From the NCBI RefSeq assembly GCF_046105845.1, contig NZ_CP151004.1: a stretch of DNA of 64,000 nucleotides; one strand, 5' to 3'. Position 1 is the first letter of the stretch, and the number at the start of each line of letters is the position of its first letter. The DNA is from Escherichia coli (GTDB taxonomy: Bacteria > Pseudomonadota > Gammaproteobacteria > Enterobacterales > Enterobacteriaceae). The notes beneath the pieces are model-generated. The model made no database searches. It saw only the letters and a program-made list of their open reading frames with translations, and was not told the origin of the DNA. Positions 1 through 8,170 of this stretch are shown here, piece by piece. The translations under genes and the position numbers were made by a program.

Positions 1-19
1 CCAAAAATAAAGTCCACCG

Positions 20-220
20 TCAGGCAGCCTTGTTATTCTGTTCACCAAGTTCTCTGGCAATCATTGCCGTCGTTCGTATTGCCCATTTATCGACATATTT
101 CCCATTCTCCATTACAGGAAACATTTCTTCAGGCTTAACCATGCATTCCGATTGCAGCTTGCATCCATTGCATCGCTTGAATTGTCCACACCATTGATTT
201 TTATCAATAGTCGTAGTCAT
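20..220 (-). CDS. ral: Restriction-alleviation protein Ral
   Basis: 66-aa ORF MTTTIDKNQWCGQFKRCNGCKLQSECM... matches lambda Ral from memory almost residue for residue. It sits in the pL operon. Confidence 0.85.
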   Translation of the reverse strand: MTTTIDKNQWCGQFKRCNGCKLQSECMVKPEEMFPVMENGKYVDKWAIRTTAMIARELGEQNNKAA

Positions 221-290
221 AAGGATAGTCCTGGTATTGTTCCATCACATCCTGCGGATGCTCTTCGAACTCTTCAAATTCTTCTTCCAT
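204..290 (-). CDS. 28-aa acidic protein (lambda orf28-like)
   Basis: Hand-translated, below the ORF-track cutoff: MEEEFEEFEEHPQDVMEQYQDYPYDYDY. The ATG at 290 follows a GAGGTGAT Shine-Dalgarno. The stop overlaps the ral start. Confidence 0.5.
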   Translation of the reverse strand: MEEEFEEFEEHPQDVMEQYQDYPYDYDY

Positions 291-352
291 ATATCACCTC
301 AAATAAGTGGTTTGCTGCCAAAACAATGAACCATCCGGAAATTCCAGATAGT

Positions 353-580
353 TCATAATTCACTCTTCAATACTTCCAACTTACTAATCGCCGATAGATA
401 TCCGCGCTGATAGGGCATCATCATTCCTTCGAGCTTGACACTTCTTAACTCCTTCCTGAGCAATTGTATTGCTTGATCAATAACCTCTGCCTTAGCGTCC
501 TTTATGGCTTGCTTGCGGGGCTTTGCTTTCTGCTTTGGCAGATTTCTCAAGCATGATGGAATGTATGTCTGATTCATCAC
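353..580 (-). CDS. Hypothetical 75-aa helical/basic protein, translationally coupled to N
   Basis: ORF-track protein. Its ATG directly abuts the stop of the N-like gene (no intergenic gap), and its TGA overlaps a further 20-aa ORF in an ATGA arrangement. I recognise no family. Confidence 0.6.
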   Translation of the reverse strand: MMNQTYIPSCLRNLPKQKAKPRKQAIKDAKAEVIDQAIQLLRKELRSVKLEGMMMPYQRGYLSAISKLEVLKSEL

Positions 581-853
581 TTACCTCGCTGTCAGTTGTT
601 TTGATTTCCGATAGCCTGCCGCGTAAATAGCTACGTTTGGCAGGCAAATACTTCCACTGCATTCATCTGCCTTCTTGCAGCAAAGGCTTCCTAGTGATGC
701 TGCTTTGTCTGCTCTGACGCAACCAGAGAGCTTTAGCGCAATTTTTCGCGCCAGTGCTTCATTACTGCGTCGCTCGGCAATAAGTTCTGCTCTGCGAGCT
801 TTGTAGCGGCTTTTTGCCGTACCTTTGGATTCTTTCCAGACAATGGTTACCAT
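581..853 (-). CDS. N: N-family transcription antiterminator (phi21-like arginine-rich N-terminus, P22 gp24-like C-terminus)
   Basis: The start at 853 (MVTIVWKESKGTAKSRYKARRAELIAERR) follows AAGGAG with a 6-nt spacer. The C-terminus LPNVAIYAAGYRKSKQLTAR resembles P22 gp24. The ORF-track start at 883 lacks an RBS. Confidence 0.8.
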   Translation of the reverse strand: MVTIVWKESKGTAKSRYKARRAELIAERRSNEALARKIALKLSGCVRADKAASLGSLCCKKADECSGSICLPNVAIYAAGYRKSKQLTAR

Positions 854-963
854 GATGGTCTCCTTTAAGTGGCTTTGGCGCATGACGCGTCGAGGTGCTT
901 ATCTTCTCGATCGCTGTCTTGCAGCTGCAATTCGCGCCATCCCCAAAACCACTCAAGTTCTGG

Positions 964-1004
964 TCTCAACGGTTAGGTTGAGAGTCCGTCGATGTTAAAG
1001 AGCC
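964..1004 (-). promoter_or_regulatory. nutL (boxA plus boxB)
   Basis: Minus-strand boxA GGCTCTTTAACA (993-1004), then boxB hairpin UCUCAAC-CUAACC-GUUGAGA (964-983). It lies downstream of PL and upstream of N. The loop motif is phi21-type as I recall. Confidence 0.6.
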
Positions 1005-1049
1005 TGCCAATCTGTTCCGTTTGGCTTCCAGCGTCCTGCTGATGGCTTA

Positions 1050-1103
1050 AATTTAAGACTTCTTAATTTATTGGTCAAGTGCATTTTTGAAGAAAACTTA
1101 ATT
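1050..1103 (-). promoter_or_regulatory. PL promoter with OL operators
   Basis: Minus-strand -35 TTGACC (1073-1078) and -10 TAAATT (1050-1055), 17-nt spacer. P22-type 18-bp operators ATTTAAGACTTCTTAATT (1051-1068) and TTGAAGAAAACTTAA (about 1086-1103). Confidence 0.65.
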
Positions 1104-1141
1104 TTATGGGCGTGAATTTAGTTTGCCTTTGATTTTTAACG

Positions 1142-1169
1142 GGAAATAAAAAAGGGGCGAAAGCCCCTT
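1142..1169 (-). terminator. Rho-independent terminator after c2
   Basis: Minus strand: AGGGGC-TTTC-GCCCCT followed by TTTTTTA. It overlaps the c2 stop codon. Confidence 0.6.
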
Positions 1170-1818
1170 AAGGAAGGTTTGCTAGCTTGGCATCAACGAC
1201 AACGCCAATGATTTTACAGTTCCCATTGATTTCAATCATTGGGTATTGTGGATTGAGTGGTTTCAGGAATTTTCTACCGGCATCAATAACTAACTTTTTG
1301 AATGTCGCCTCGTTTTCTCCTTCAAGTTTGGCGACTACCAGCTTTCCATTACGTGGTTCGACTTCTGGGTCGACGAGAATAATCATCCCCTCAGGAATAC
1401 TCAGTCCTGCCGGGGCAGTCATTGAATCGCCTTTAACGTCGAGCCAAAAAGAGTCTTCAGAACAATCTACCGTTGTGTCGTACCAGTTATCTATTGCACG
1501 CCTATGATATGGCTCTACAGCTTCCATCCAACATCCTGCGCTTACCCAACTAATTAGAGGATACGAACCTCTTGGATCATGCCTGCTGTGATAGGCAATG
1601 TTTGAAAGACTATCCTCTCCTTTCAACAGGTAATCAGGGGAGCACTGCAAAGCCTTGGCTAAGGCCAATAGGTTTTCGCCATTGGGCTCAGTTTCAGATC
1701 GCTCCCATTGGGAAATAGCAACATTAGACACGCCAACCATCTTGCCAAGGGCAGCCTGCCTAATCTTGAGTTCTTTTCTGCGAGCGCGAATACGCTCACC
1801 CATCAGTTGTGTATTCAT
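1168..1818 (-). CDS. c2: Prophage repressor, P22 C2 (CI-type, LexA-like autocleavage domain)
   Basis: 216 aa, MNTQLMGERIRARRKELKIRQAALGKMVGVSNVAISQWERSE...GVVVDAKLANLP. It matches remembered P22 C2 nearly throughout. Confidence 0.95.
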   Translation of the reverse strand: MNTQLMGERIRARRKELKIRQAALGKMVGVSNVAISQWERSETEPNGENLLALAKALQCSPDYLLKGEDSLSNIAYHSRHDPRGSYPLISWVSAGCWMEAVEPYHRRAIDNWYDTTVDCSEDSFWLDVKGDSMTAPAGLSIPEGMIILVDPEVEPRNGKLVVAKLEGENEATFKKLVIDAGRKFLKPLNPQYPMIEINGNCKIIGVVVDAKLANLP

Positions 1819-1884
1819 AGTTAAGACATCTTAAATAAACTTGACTTAAGATTCCTTTGGTGGATAATTTAAGTGTTCTTTAAT
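1819..1884 (+). promoter_or_regulatory. OR3-OR2-OR1 operators with PR (and divergent PRM)
   Basis: Operator-like inverted repeats AGTTAAGACATCTTAAAT (1819-1836), ACTTAAGATTCCTTTGGT (1844-1861) and ATTTAAGTGTTCTTTAAT (1867-1884). PR -35 TTGACT (1841-1846), -10 GATAAT (1863-1868). Confidence 0.75.
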
Positions 1885-1898
1885 TTCGGAGCGAGTCT

Positions 1899-2084
1899 AT
1901 GTACAAAAAAGATGTTATTGACCACTTCGGAACCCAGCGTGCTGTTGCTAAAGCACTAGGCATTAGCGATGCAGCAGTCTCTCAGTGGAAAGAAGTTATC
2001 CCAGAGAAAGACGCCTATCGATTGGAAATCGTTACAGCTGGCGCCCTGAAGTATCAAGAAAGTGCTTACCGCCAAGCGGCATAA
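1899..2084 (+). CDS. cro: Cro repressor (P22-type)
   Basis: 61 aa, MYKKDVIDHFGTQRAVAKALGISDAAVSQWKEVIPEKDAYRLEIV. It matches remembered P22 Cro. Confidence 0.95.
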   Translation: MYKKDVIDHFGTQRAVAKALGISDAAVSQWKEVIPEKDAYRLEIVTAGALKYQESAYRQAA

Positions 2085-2090
2085 GCAAAT

Positions 2091-2132
2091 TGCTCTTTAA
2101 CAGTTCTGGCCTTTCACCTCTAACAGGGTGAG
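2091..2132 (+). promoter_or_regulatory. nutR (boxA plus boxB)
   Basis: boxA TGCTCTTTAACA (2091-2102). boxB hairpin UCACC-UCUAACA-GGGUGA (about 2113-2132), the same loop family as nutL. Confidence 0.6.
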
Positions 2133-2199
2133 CAAACATCAGCGGCAAATCCATTGGGTGTGCCGCTATAACTCAATATCAATATAGGAAAATTAACAA

Positions 2200-2496
2200 A
2201 TGGCACAAGCAAGCTACAGCAAGCCAACACAGCGAGAAATTGATCGCGCTGAAACTGATTTACTCATCAACCTGTCAACGCTTACCCAGCGCGGTCTGGC
2301 AAAGATGATTGGCTGTCATGAATCGAAGATAAGCAGAACGGACTGGAGATTTATTGCTTCGGTCTTGTGTGCTTTCGGAATGGCATCAGACATCAGTCCG
2401 ATTAGCAGGGCTTTTAAGTATGCATTGGATGGAATCGCAAAGAAAAAATCCCCGGCTGCCACCGAGGATTCTGAGCAAATTGATATGCAATTCTGA
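2200..2496 (+). CDS. c1: CII-type lysogeny activator (P22 c1 position)
   Basis: 98 aa. It has an HTH region, and the C-terminus KKKSPAATEDSEQIDMQF parallels the lambda CII C-terminus NKKRPAATERSEQIQMEF. It lies after cro-nutR. Confidence 0.8.
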   Translation: MAQASYSKPTQREIDRAETDLLINLSTLTQRGLAKMIGCHESKISRTDWRFIASVLCAFGMASDISPISRAFKYALDGIAKKKSPAATEDSEQIDMQF

Positions 2497-2528
2497 GGTA
2501 ATTACTGGATCAATCCACAGGAGTAATT

Positions 2529-2690
2529 ATGACAAAACGTCGTAAGAAATACCAGGAAAAAGAAGAGATTCGACACCCTGATTCACCTGAGGGATTAGTG
2601 GTAGCCGCAGCAAATAACAGGGCGTTCGCAGAGCGCCTTGTTGGTGTTTACAGACTAGCCAAAGCAGGAGTGAAACATGGGCGTCGTTAA
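2529..2690 (+). CDS. Possible 53-aa basic protein
   Basis: Hand-translated [58 protein letters not shown] lies 6 nt upstream of the ATG. It ends just inside the gene-18 start. Confidence 0.4.
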   Translation: MTKRRKKYQEKEEIRHPDSPEGLVVAAANNRAFAERLVGVYRLAKAGVKHGRR

Positions 2691-3507
2691 GTTAGCTGAT
2701 TACAGGCCTCAACTGGAGGTCGTGGAGCATCGCGTGGCAGAACTCGAAGATGGCTACACTCGGACTGCAAACACACTGTTAGAAGCCGCCATGCTTTCTG
2801 GGCTTACTCTACATCAGTTACTGATTGTTATGGCTGTGTGGCGCAAGACATACGGTTACAACAAAAAAATAGATTGGATCGGAAACGAACAGTTCGCTGA
2901 ACTCACTGGCATGGCACCAACCAAATGTTCTACCGCCAAAAACGAGCTTATCAGAATGGGAGTTCTCATTCAGGTGGGGCGTCAAGTTGGTATGAATACA
3001 AACATTTCCGAGTGGAAAACGAAAGTTAACGGATTCGGTAAAACATTTACCAATTCGGTAAAACAAACCTTCACCAAATCGGTAAAAAGCAATTTACCGA
3101 ATCAGTCAAACACAAAAGACAATATACAAAAGACAATAAATACAAATACCCCCTTACCCCCTAACGGGGGCGGCGATGGGCAGGTTAAACCTGAACGTCG
3201 CAAGGCAGAACGAATCGACTATGAATCCTTCCTGAACGCCTACAACACCGAAGTCGGTGACAGACTGCCACACGCTGTTGCGGTCAACGAGAAACGCAAA
3301 CGCCGCCTGAAGAAAATCATCCCGCAACTGAAAACGCCAAACGTGGACGGTTTCAGAGCGTATGTCAGGGCGTTTGTACATCAGGCCAAGCCGTTTTACT
3401 TCGGAGACAACGACACTGGCTGGACGGCAGATTTTGATTACCTGCTGAGGGAAGATTCGTTAACGGGAGTACGGGAAGGGAAGTTTGCAGACAGGGGGAT
3501 TGCATGA
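2677..3507 (+). CDS. Replication initiator (lambda O N-terminal domain family; P22 gene 18 analogue)
   Basis: 276 aa. The N-terminal region [41 protein letters not shown] is typical of the phage Rep-O domain. AGGAG RBS. It contains the ori iterons internally and is followed by the helicase gene. Confidence 0.85.
   Translation: MGVVKLADYRPQLEVVEHRVAELEDGYTRTANTLLEAAMLSGLTLHQLLIVMAVWRKTYGYNKKIDWIGNEQFAELTGMAPTKCSTAKNELIRMGVLIQVGRQVGMNTNISEWKTKVNGFGKTFTNSVKQTFTKSVKSNLPNQSNTKDNIQKTINTNTPLPPNGGGDGQVKPERRKAERIDYESFLNAYNTEVGDRLPHAVAVNEKRKRRLKKIIPQLKTPNVDGFRAYVRAFVHQAKPFYFGDNDTGWTADFDYLLREDSLTGVREGKFADRGIA
3033..3150. repeat. Putative origin: 3-4 iterons plus an AT-rich tract inside the initiator gene
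   Basis: TCGGTAAAA-type repeats start at 3035, 3055 and 3079, with internal dyads (GGTAAAACATTTACC, CGGTAAAAAGCAATTTACCG). A/T-rich tract 3104-3148, then a C5/G5 dyad. Same architecture as lambda ori. Confidence 0.6.
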
Positions 3508-4880
3508 GACAGGATATCGAAGCGAGCGTTATCGGTGGCCTGCTGATTGGTGGATTAACACCAACCGCCAGCGACGTTCTGGCAACGCTGGAGCCGGAAG
3601 CGTTTTCAATTCCGCTCTACCGGAAAGCCTTCGAGGTTATCCGCAAGCAGGCGAGAAACAGAAACCTAATCGACGCGCTGATGGTTGCAGAGGCGTGCGG
3701 AGAGGAGCATTTCACGTCAATCCTGATGACCAGCAAGAACTGCCCGAGTGCCGCAAACCTGAAGGGATATGCTGGAATGGTCGCGGATAACTATCACCGC
3801 CGTCTGGTGCTGGAAATCATGGACGAAATGCGTGAACCAATTCAGAGCGGAACCATCGACGCATCGAGTCAGGCGATGGACGAGCTGGTAAAGCGTCTTT
3901 CAGCCATCAGAAAGCCACGTGACGAGGTAAAACCTGTACGGTTAGGGGAAATCATCACCGACTACACTGACACGCTTGACAGGCGTCTGAGGAACGGAGA
4001 AGAGTCAGATACCCTGAAGACCGGAATCGAAGAACTTGATGCCATCACCGGAGGGATGAACGCGGAAGACCTGGTGATAATCGCTGCTCGTCCTGGTATG
4101 GGGAAAACCGAGCTGGCGCTGAAGATTGCCGAAGGCGTTGCAAGCCGCGTTATTCCTGGTTCTGACGTCCGGCGCGGGGTATTGATTTTCTCAATGGAAA
4201 TGAGCGCATTGCAGATTGCAGAGCGAAGCATTGCCAACGCCGGGAGGATGTCGGTTAGCGTACTGCGAAATCCTGCATCGATGGATGACGAAGGCTGGGC
4301 GCGTGTTGCTAACGGCATGAGTCAGCTTGCAGATTTGGATGTATGGGTAGTCGATGCCTCGCGGTTATCGGTAGAAGAAATTCGCTCAATCGCAGAGCGG
4401 CACAAACAGGAAAATCCAAACCTGTCACTCATCATGGCGGATTATCTTGGCCTGATTGAGAAGCCGAAAGCAGACCGCAACGACCTCGCAATTGCTCACA
4501 TCTCAGGAAGCCTGAAGGCGATGGCGAAAGACCTGAAAACGCCTGTTATCTCCCTAAGTCAGCTTTCGCGCGATGTTGAGAAGCGACCAAACAAACGCCC
4601 GACAAACGCAGATTTGCGTGATTCAGGAAGCATTGAGCAGGACGCAGACTCAATCATCATGCTCTATCGGGAAGCGGTATATGACGAGAACAGTAGCGCC
4701 GCGCCATTTGCTGAAATCATCGTGACGAAAAACCGTTTTGGCTCACTTGGTACGGTTTACCAGCGGTTCTGTAACGGACACTTTGTTGCATGTGACCAGG
4801 ATGAAGCCAGACAGATTTGCACAGCATCAAATGCACCTGCTGCGCGTGGCAGACGATATGCACAAGGGGCGGACGTATGA
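3504..4880 (+). CDS. DnaB-family replicative helicase (P22 gene 12 analogue)
   Basis: 458 aa. Walker [13 protein letters not shown], DnaB motifs ([17 protein letters not shown]). ATGA overlap with the initiator gene. Confidence 0.9.
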   Translation: MRQDIEASVIGGLLIGGLTPTASDVLATLEPEAFSIPLYRKAFEVIRKQARNRNLIDALMVAEACGEEHFTSILMTSKNCPSAANLKGYAGMVADNYHRRLVLEIMDEMREPIQSGTIDASSQAMDELVKRLSAIRKPRDEVKPVRLGEIITDYTDTLDRRLRNGEESDTLKTGIEELDAITGGMNAEDLVIIAARPGMGKTELALKIAEGVASRVIPGSDVRRGVLIFSMEMSALQIAERSIANAGRMSVSVLRNPASMDDEGWARVANGMSQLADLDVWVVDASRLSVEEIRSIAERHKQENPNLSLIMADYLGLIEKPKADRNDLAIAHISGSLKAMAKDLKTPVISLSQLSRDVEKRPNKRPTNADLRDSGSIEQDADSIIMLYREAVYDENSSAAPFAEIIVTKNRFGSLGTVYQRFCNGHFVACDQDEARQICTASNAPAARGRRYAQGADV

Positions 4881-4905
4881 CCATCTACATCACTGAGCTA
4901 ATAAC

Positions 4906-4934
4906 AGGCCTGCTGGTAATCGCAGGCCTTTTTA
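4906..4934 (+). terminator. tR2-like rho-independent terminator
   Basis: AGGCCTGC-loop-GCAGGCCT followed by TTTTTATTT. I recall the same sequence context upstream of lambda ninB. Confidence 0.7.
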
Positions 4935-4953
4935 TTTGGGGGAGAGGGAAGTC

Positions 4954-5394
4954 ATGAAAAAACTAACCTTTGAAATTCGATCTCCAGCACATCAGCAAAA
5001 CGCTATTCACGCGGTACAGCAAATTCTTCCAGACCCAACCAAACCAATCGTAGTAACCATTCAGGAACGCAACCGCAGCTTAGACCAGAATCGAAAGCTT
5101 TGGGCTTGCCTTGGTGACGTCTCTCGTCAGGTTGAATGGCATGGTCGCTGGCTGGATGCAGAAAGCTGGAAGTGTGTGTTTACCGCAGCATTAAAGCAGC
5201 AGGACGTTGTTCCTAACCTTGCCGGGAATGGCTTTGTGGTAATAGGCCAGTCAACCAGCAGGATGCGTGTAGGCGAATTTGCGGAGCTATTAGAGCTTAT
5301 ACAGGCATTCGGTACAGAGCGTGGCGTTAAGTGGTCAGACGAAGCGCGACTGGCTCTGGAGTGGAAAGCAAGATGGGGAGACAGGGCGGCATGA
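4954..5394 (+). CDS. ninB: NinB (recombination mediator)
   Basis: 146 aa from [31 protein letters not shown]. It matches remembered lambda NinB. GGGAGAGGGAAG RBS. Confidence 0.9.
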   Translation: MKKLTFEIRSPAHQQNAIHAVQQILPDPTKPIVVTIQERNRSLDQNRKLWACLGDVSRQVEWHGRWLDAESWKCVFTAALKQQDVVPNLAGNGFVVIGQSTSRMRVGEFAELLELIQAFGTERGVKWSDEARLALEWKARWGDRAA

Positions 5395-5567
5395 GGCGAC
5401 AGCGACGAAGTATCACCGACATCATCTGCGAAAACTGCAAATACCTTCCAACGAAGCGCTCCAGAAATAAACGCAAGCCAATCCCAAAAGAATCTGACGT
5501 AAAAACCTTCAATTACACGGCTCACCTGTGGGATATCCGGTGGCTAAGACATCGTGCGAGGAAATGA
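5391..5567 (+). CDS. ninE: NinE-family small basic protein
   Basis: 58 aa, [56 protein letters not shown] overlap with ninB. The family assignment (NinE rather than NinD) is from memory. Confidence 0.7.
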   Translation: MRRQRRSITDIICENCKYLPTKRSRNKRKPIPKESDVKTFNYTAHLWDIRWLRHRARK

Positions 5568-5971
5568 CAATGCTTTTAATTCAACTTGGATTTGGCCTTA
5601 GCATCAAAAAATGTCACATGTTTGGCGAGAAAGAGTCTCAACGAAAAATGGTGCTTATCAAGTTGCCATTTATCAGTATTTGTTGGCTAAACAGGGAGGC
5701 CGCAAATTATTTGTCTACATGCGCCAGAGCAGCATTTAACGACCCTGAGTGGTTTGTAGAAAACCATCACGCTGTTCGTCAGGCAAAGAGAAAGGCCGAA
5801 ACGACATACATGAAGGCGTATCGAAAAGCATGGAAAGAACACCGCGATCGATACCAACAAGACATGGAAAAGCTTGAATCAGAAAACATGGAATTAAGAC
5901 GAAAGCTCGGTGAAGCAAAACGAGACATTGATGCTTACAAGCGACTTTTTAATGGTGAAAGCCATGCTTAG
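5564..5971 (+). CDS. Hypothetical nin-region protein with C-terminal coiled coil
   Basis: ORF-track frame. ATGA coupling to ninE suggests a start at 5564 (135 aa). An internal start near an AGGGAGG at about 5690 is also possible. C-terminus: [29 protein letters not shown]. Confidence 0.5.
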   Translation: MTMLLIQLGFGLSIKKCHMFGEKESQRKMVLIKLPFISICWLNREAANYLSTCARAAFNDPEWFVENHHAVRQAKRKAETTYMKAYRKAWKEHRDRYQQDMEKLESENMELRRKLGEAKRDIDAYKRLFNGESHA

Positions 5972-6140
5972 TCCATCCCAATCTCTTCAATACCAGAAAG
6001 AAAGCGTCGAGCGGGCTTTAACGTGCGCTAACTGCGGTCAGAAGCTGCATGTGCTTGAAGTTCACGTGTGCTCCGATTGCTGCGCAGAACTGATGAGCGA
6101 TCCGAATAGCTCAATGTACGAGGAAGAAGACGATGAGTGA
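5964..6140 (+). CDS. ninF: NinF
   Basis: 58 aa, [36 protein letters not shown]...EEEDDE. It matches remembered lambda NinF. Confidence 0.85.
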   Translation: MLSPSQSLQYQKESVERALTCANCGQKLHVLEVHVCSDCCAELMSDPNSSMYEEEDDE

Positions 6141-6402
6141 TTTCGCTGAGCTTATTTCCTTCAAAAAAGACAGAGAAGAAATGCGGACTGAATCTGTCTA
6201 TTACGTTCAACACCGGAATAAACGCTCGGTGCTTGATCAGGAGTTGGTTATTACCGGAGACCTGGCATTCAGAACATATAAGGCCAGCATGGAAATGAAG
6301 GATTTCCCTAAATGTGGTTCTGAAAGAGAAGCCGCGTTAAAGCTGGCTGAGTGGATGCAGAGAATGGCTGCTGCAATTGAGAATTACTGGAGTGAACCAT
6401 AA
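6133..6402 (+). CDS. Hypothetical 89-aa nin-region protein
   Basis: ORF-track protein. It overlaps the ninF stop and is coupled (ATAATG) to the next gene. I recognise no family. Confidence 0.55.
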   Translation: MSDFAELISFKKDREEMRTESVYYVQHRNKRSVLDQELVITGDLAFRTYKASMEMKDFPKCGSEREAALKLAEWMQRMAAAIENYWSEP

Positions 6403-6692
6403 TGGCTAACCTACGCAAAGAAGCGCGCGGCAGAGAATGCCAGGTACGTATTTACGGCATATGCAATGGCAATCCTGAAACTACAGTTCTGGCACATTAC
6501 CGGATGGCTGGAATTTGCGGAACGGGAATGAAACCTGACGACCTGATTGGCGCATGGGCTTGTAGCGCGTGTCACGATGAAATCGACCGACGCACCCATA
6601 ATCTCGACAACAAAGACGCCAGACTTTACCACCTCGAAGGTGTGATCAGGACGCAGGCGATACTGCTGAAGGAGGGGAAGATTAAGCCATGA
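6402..6692 (+). CDS. YbcO-like Cys/His-rich putative nuclease (DUF1364-type)
   Basis: 96 aa with C-x-C...H...C-x2-C-H pattern. Same size and same position upstream of rusA as DLP12 ybcO. Confidence 0.7.
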   Translation: MANLRKEARGRECQVRIYGICNGNPETTVLAHYRMAGICGTGMKPDDLIGAWACSACHDEIDRRTHNLDNKDARLYHLEGVIRTQAILLKEGKIKP

Positions 6693-7051
6693 ACGAATAT
6701 CAGTTTGTGCTTCCTTACCCGCCGTCGGTGAACACCTACTGGCGAAGACGGGGAAGCCAATACTACATCAGCGATAAAGGCCAGAAATACCGAAAAGACG
6801 TTCAGCAAATTATCCGCCAACTCAAGTTAGACATTTTCACCAAATCACGACTCCGCATCAAAGTCATCGCAGACGTTCCAGACTCACGCCGCCGCGACCT
6901 CGATAACATCCTGAAAGGTTTACTCGACTCCCTTATCCACGCCGGATTTGCGGAAGACGACGAGCAATTCGATGACATTCGCGTAATTCGTGGTGTGAAA
7001 GTACCAGGTGGAAGGCTTGGAATAAAAATCACCGAACTGGAGAACGCATGA
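6689..7051 (+). CDS. rusA: RusA Holliday-junction resolvase
   Basis: 120 aa. PPSVNTYW and RRRDLDNILKGLLDSL motifs align with remembered E. coli RusA. Confidence 0.9.
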   Translation: MNEYQFVLPYPPSVNTYWRRRGSQYYISDKGQKYRKDVQQIIRQLKLDIFTKSRLRIKVIADVPDSRRRDLDNILKGLLDSLIHAGFAEDDEQFDDIRVIRGVKVPGGRLGIKITELENA

Positions 7052-7236
7052 ACGCCACAATTCAAACGATACCAGAGCTTCTTATCCAGACACGAGGCAA
7101 TCAGACCGAAGTGGCAAGGATGCTTTCCTGCGCAAGAGGAACAGTGCTCAAGTACAACCGAGACAGCAAAGGCGAGCGTCATGTAATAGTTAACGGCGTC
7201 CTGATGGTCAAACAGGGCAAGAGGGGAAGACGATGA
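7048..7236 (+). CDS. ninH: NinH-like protein
   Basis: 62 aa. TIPELLIQTRGNQTEVARMLSCARGTVLKY parallels lambda NinH KTIPDMLVEAYGNQTEVARRLKCSRGTVRKY. Confidence 0.8.
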   Translation: MNATIQTIPELLIQTRGNQTEVARMLSCARGTVLKYNRDSKGERHVIVNGVLMVKQGKRGRR

Positions 7237-7856
7237 GACTCGAAAGCGTAGCTAAATTTCATTCGCCAAAAAGCCCGATGATGAGCGACTCACCACGGGC
7301 TACGGCTTCTGACTCTCTTTCCGGTACTGATGTGATGGCTGCTATGGGGATGGCACAATCACAGGCCGGATTCGGGATGGCTGCATTTTGCGGTAAGCAC
7401 GAACTCAGCCAGAACGACAAACAAAAGGCTATCAACTATCTGATGCAATTTGCACACAAGGTATCGGGGAAATACCGTGGTGTGGCAAAGCTCGAAGGAA
7501 ATACTAAGGCAAAGGTACTGCAAGTGCTCGCAATATTCGCTTATGCGGATTATTGCCGTAGTGCCGCGACGCCGGGTGCAAGATGCAGAGATTGCCACGG
7601 TACAGGCCGTGCGGTTGATATAGCCAAAACGGAGCAGTGGGGGAGAGTTGTTGAGAAAGAGTGCGGAAGATGCAAAGGTGTCGGCTATTCAAGAATGCCA
7701 GCAAGCGCCGCATATCGCGCTGTAACGATGCTAATCCCAAACCTTACCCAACCCACCTGGTCACGCACTGTTAAGCCGCTGTATGACGCTCTGGTGGTGC
7801 AATGCCACAAAGAAGAGTCAATCGCAGACAATATTTTGAATGCGGTCACACGTTAG
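7233..7856 (+). CDS. Q: Late-gene antiterminator Q (lambda-type)
   Basis: 207 aa, MRLESVAKFHSPKSPMMSDSPRATASDSLSGTDVMAAMGM... It matches remembered lambda Q essentially throughout. Confidence 0.95.
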   Translation: MRLESVAKFHSPKSPMMSDSPRATASDSLSGTDVMAAMGMAQSQAGFGMAAFCGKHELSQNDKQKAINYLMQFAHKVSGKYRGVAKLEGNTKAKVLQVLAIFAYADYCRSAATPGARCRDCHGTGRAVDIAKTEQWGRVVEKECGRCKGVGYSRMPASAAYRAVTMLIPNLTQPTWSRTVKPLYDALVVQCHKEESIADNILNAVTR

Positions 7857-7898
7857 CAGTATGATTGCCACGGATGGCAACATATTAACGGCATGATA

Positions 7899-7940
7899 TT
7901 GACTTATTGAATAAAATTGGGTAAATTTGACTCAACGATG
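7899..7940 (+). promoter_or_regulatory. PR' late promoter with qut region
   Basis: -35 TTGACT (7899-7904), 17-nt spacer, -10 TAAATT (7922-7927). The string TTGACTTATTGAATAAAATTGGGTAAATTTGACTCAACGATGG is the lambda PR'/qut sequence as I recall it. Confidence 0.85.
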
Positions 7941-7961
7941 GATAAATGCACTCGTTAAATA

Positions 7962-7992
7962 AAGCCCTGAGTTAATAGCTCGGGGCTTTTTG
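7962..7992 (+). terminator. First late-leader terminator (tR'-equivalent)
   Basis: 10-bp stem AAGCCCTGAG/CTCGGGGCTT, 7-nt loop, T-run. It lies about 55-60 nt after the predicted PR' start. Confidence 0.75.
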
Positions 7993-8133
7993 CGTTTTAA
8001 ACACGACCTTTCTGAAAGCACATCAAACCAAATACCAGACAGACAAAAATAATCACCTTATCCGCTGTGGCTACGGTGCGGTGTGCTTTGCATAAAAGAA
8101 AACCAGCTCAATGGCTGGCTTCGTGAAAGCGGG

Positions 8134-8170
8134 TGGCAAGAGGTTGCGCTAACAACCTCCTGCCGTTTTG
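8134..8170 (+). terminator. Second late-leader terminator
   Basis: GGCAAGAGGTTG-CGCTAA-CAACCTCCTGCC followed by GTTTTG. It is homologous to the hairpin upstream of lambda S. Confidence 0.65.

Noticed and set aside
762-956. 64-aa minus-strand ORF overlapping the 5' end of the N gene and its leader
   Set aside because: It overlaps N in another frame and spans part of the PL-to-N leader just short of nutL. It has no RBS. The N frame has a strong SD and clear homology.
3033-3110. Short direct repeats (TCGGTAAAA...) considered as a possible CRISPR or other repeat array
   Set aside because: There are only 3-4 copies at 20-24 bp spacing, inside the initiator gene and followed by an AT-rich tract. 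This fits replication-origin iterons, not a CRISPR array. No CRISPR-like repeat-spacer structure was found anywhere in the window.
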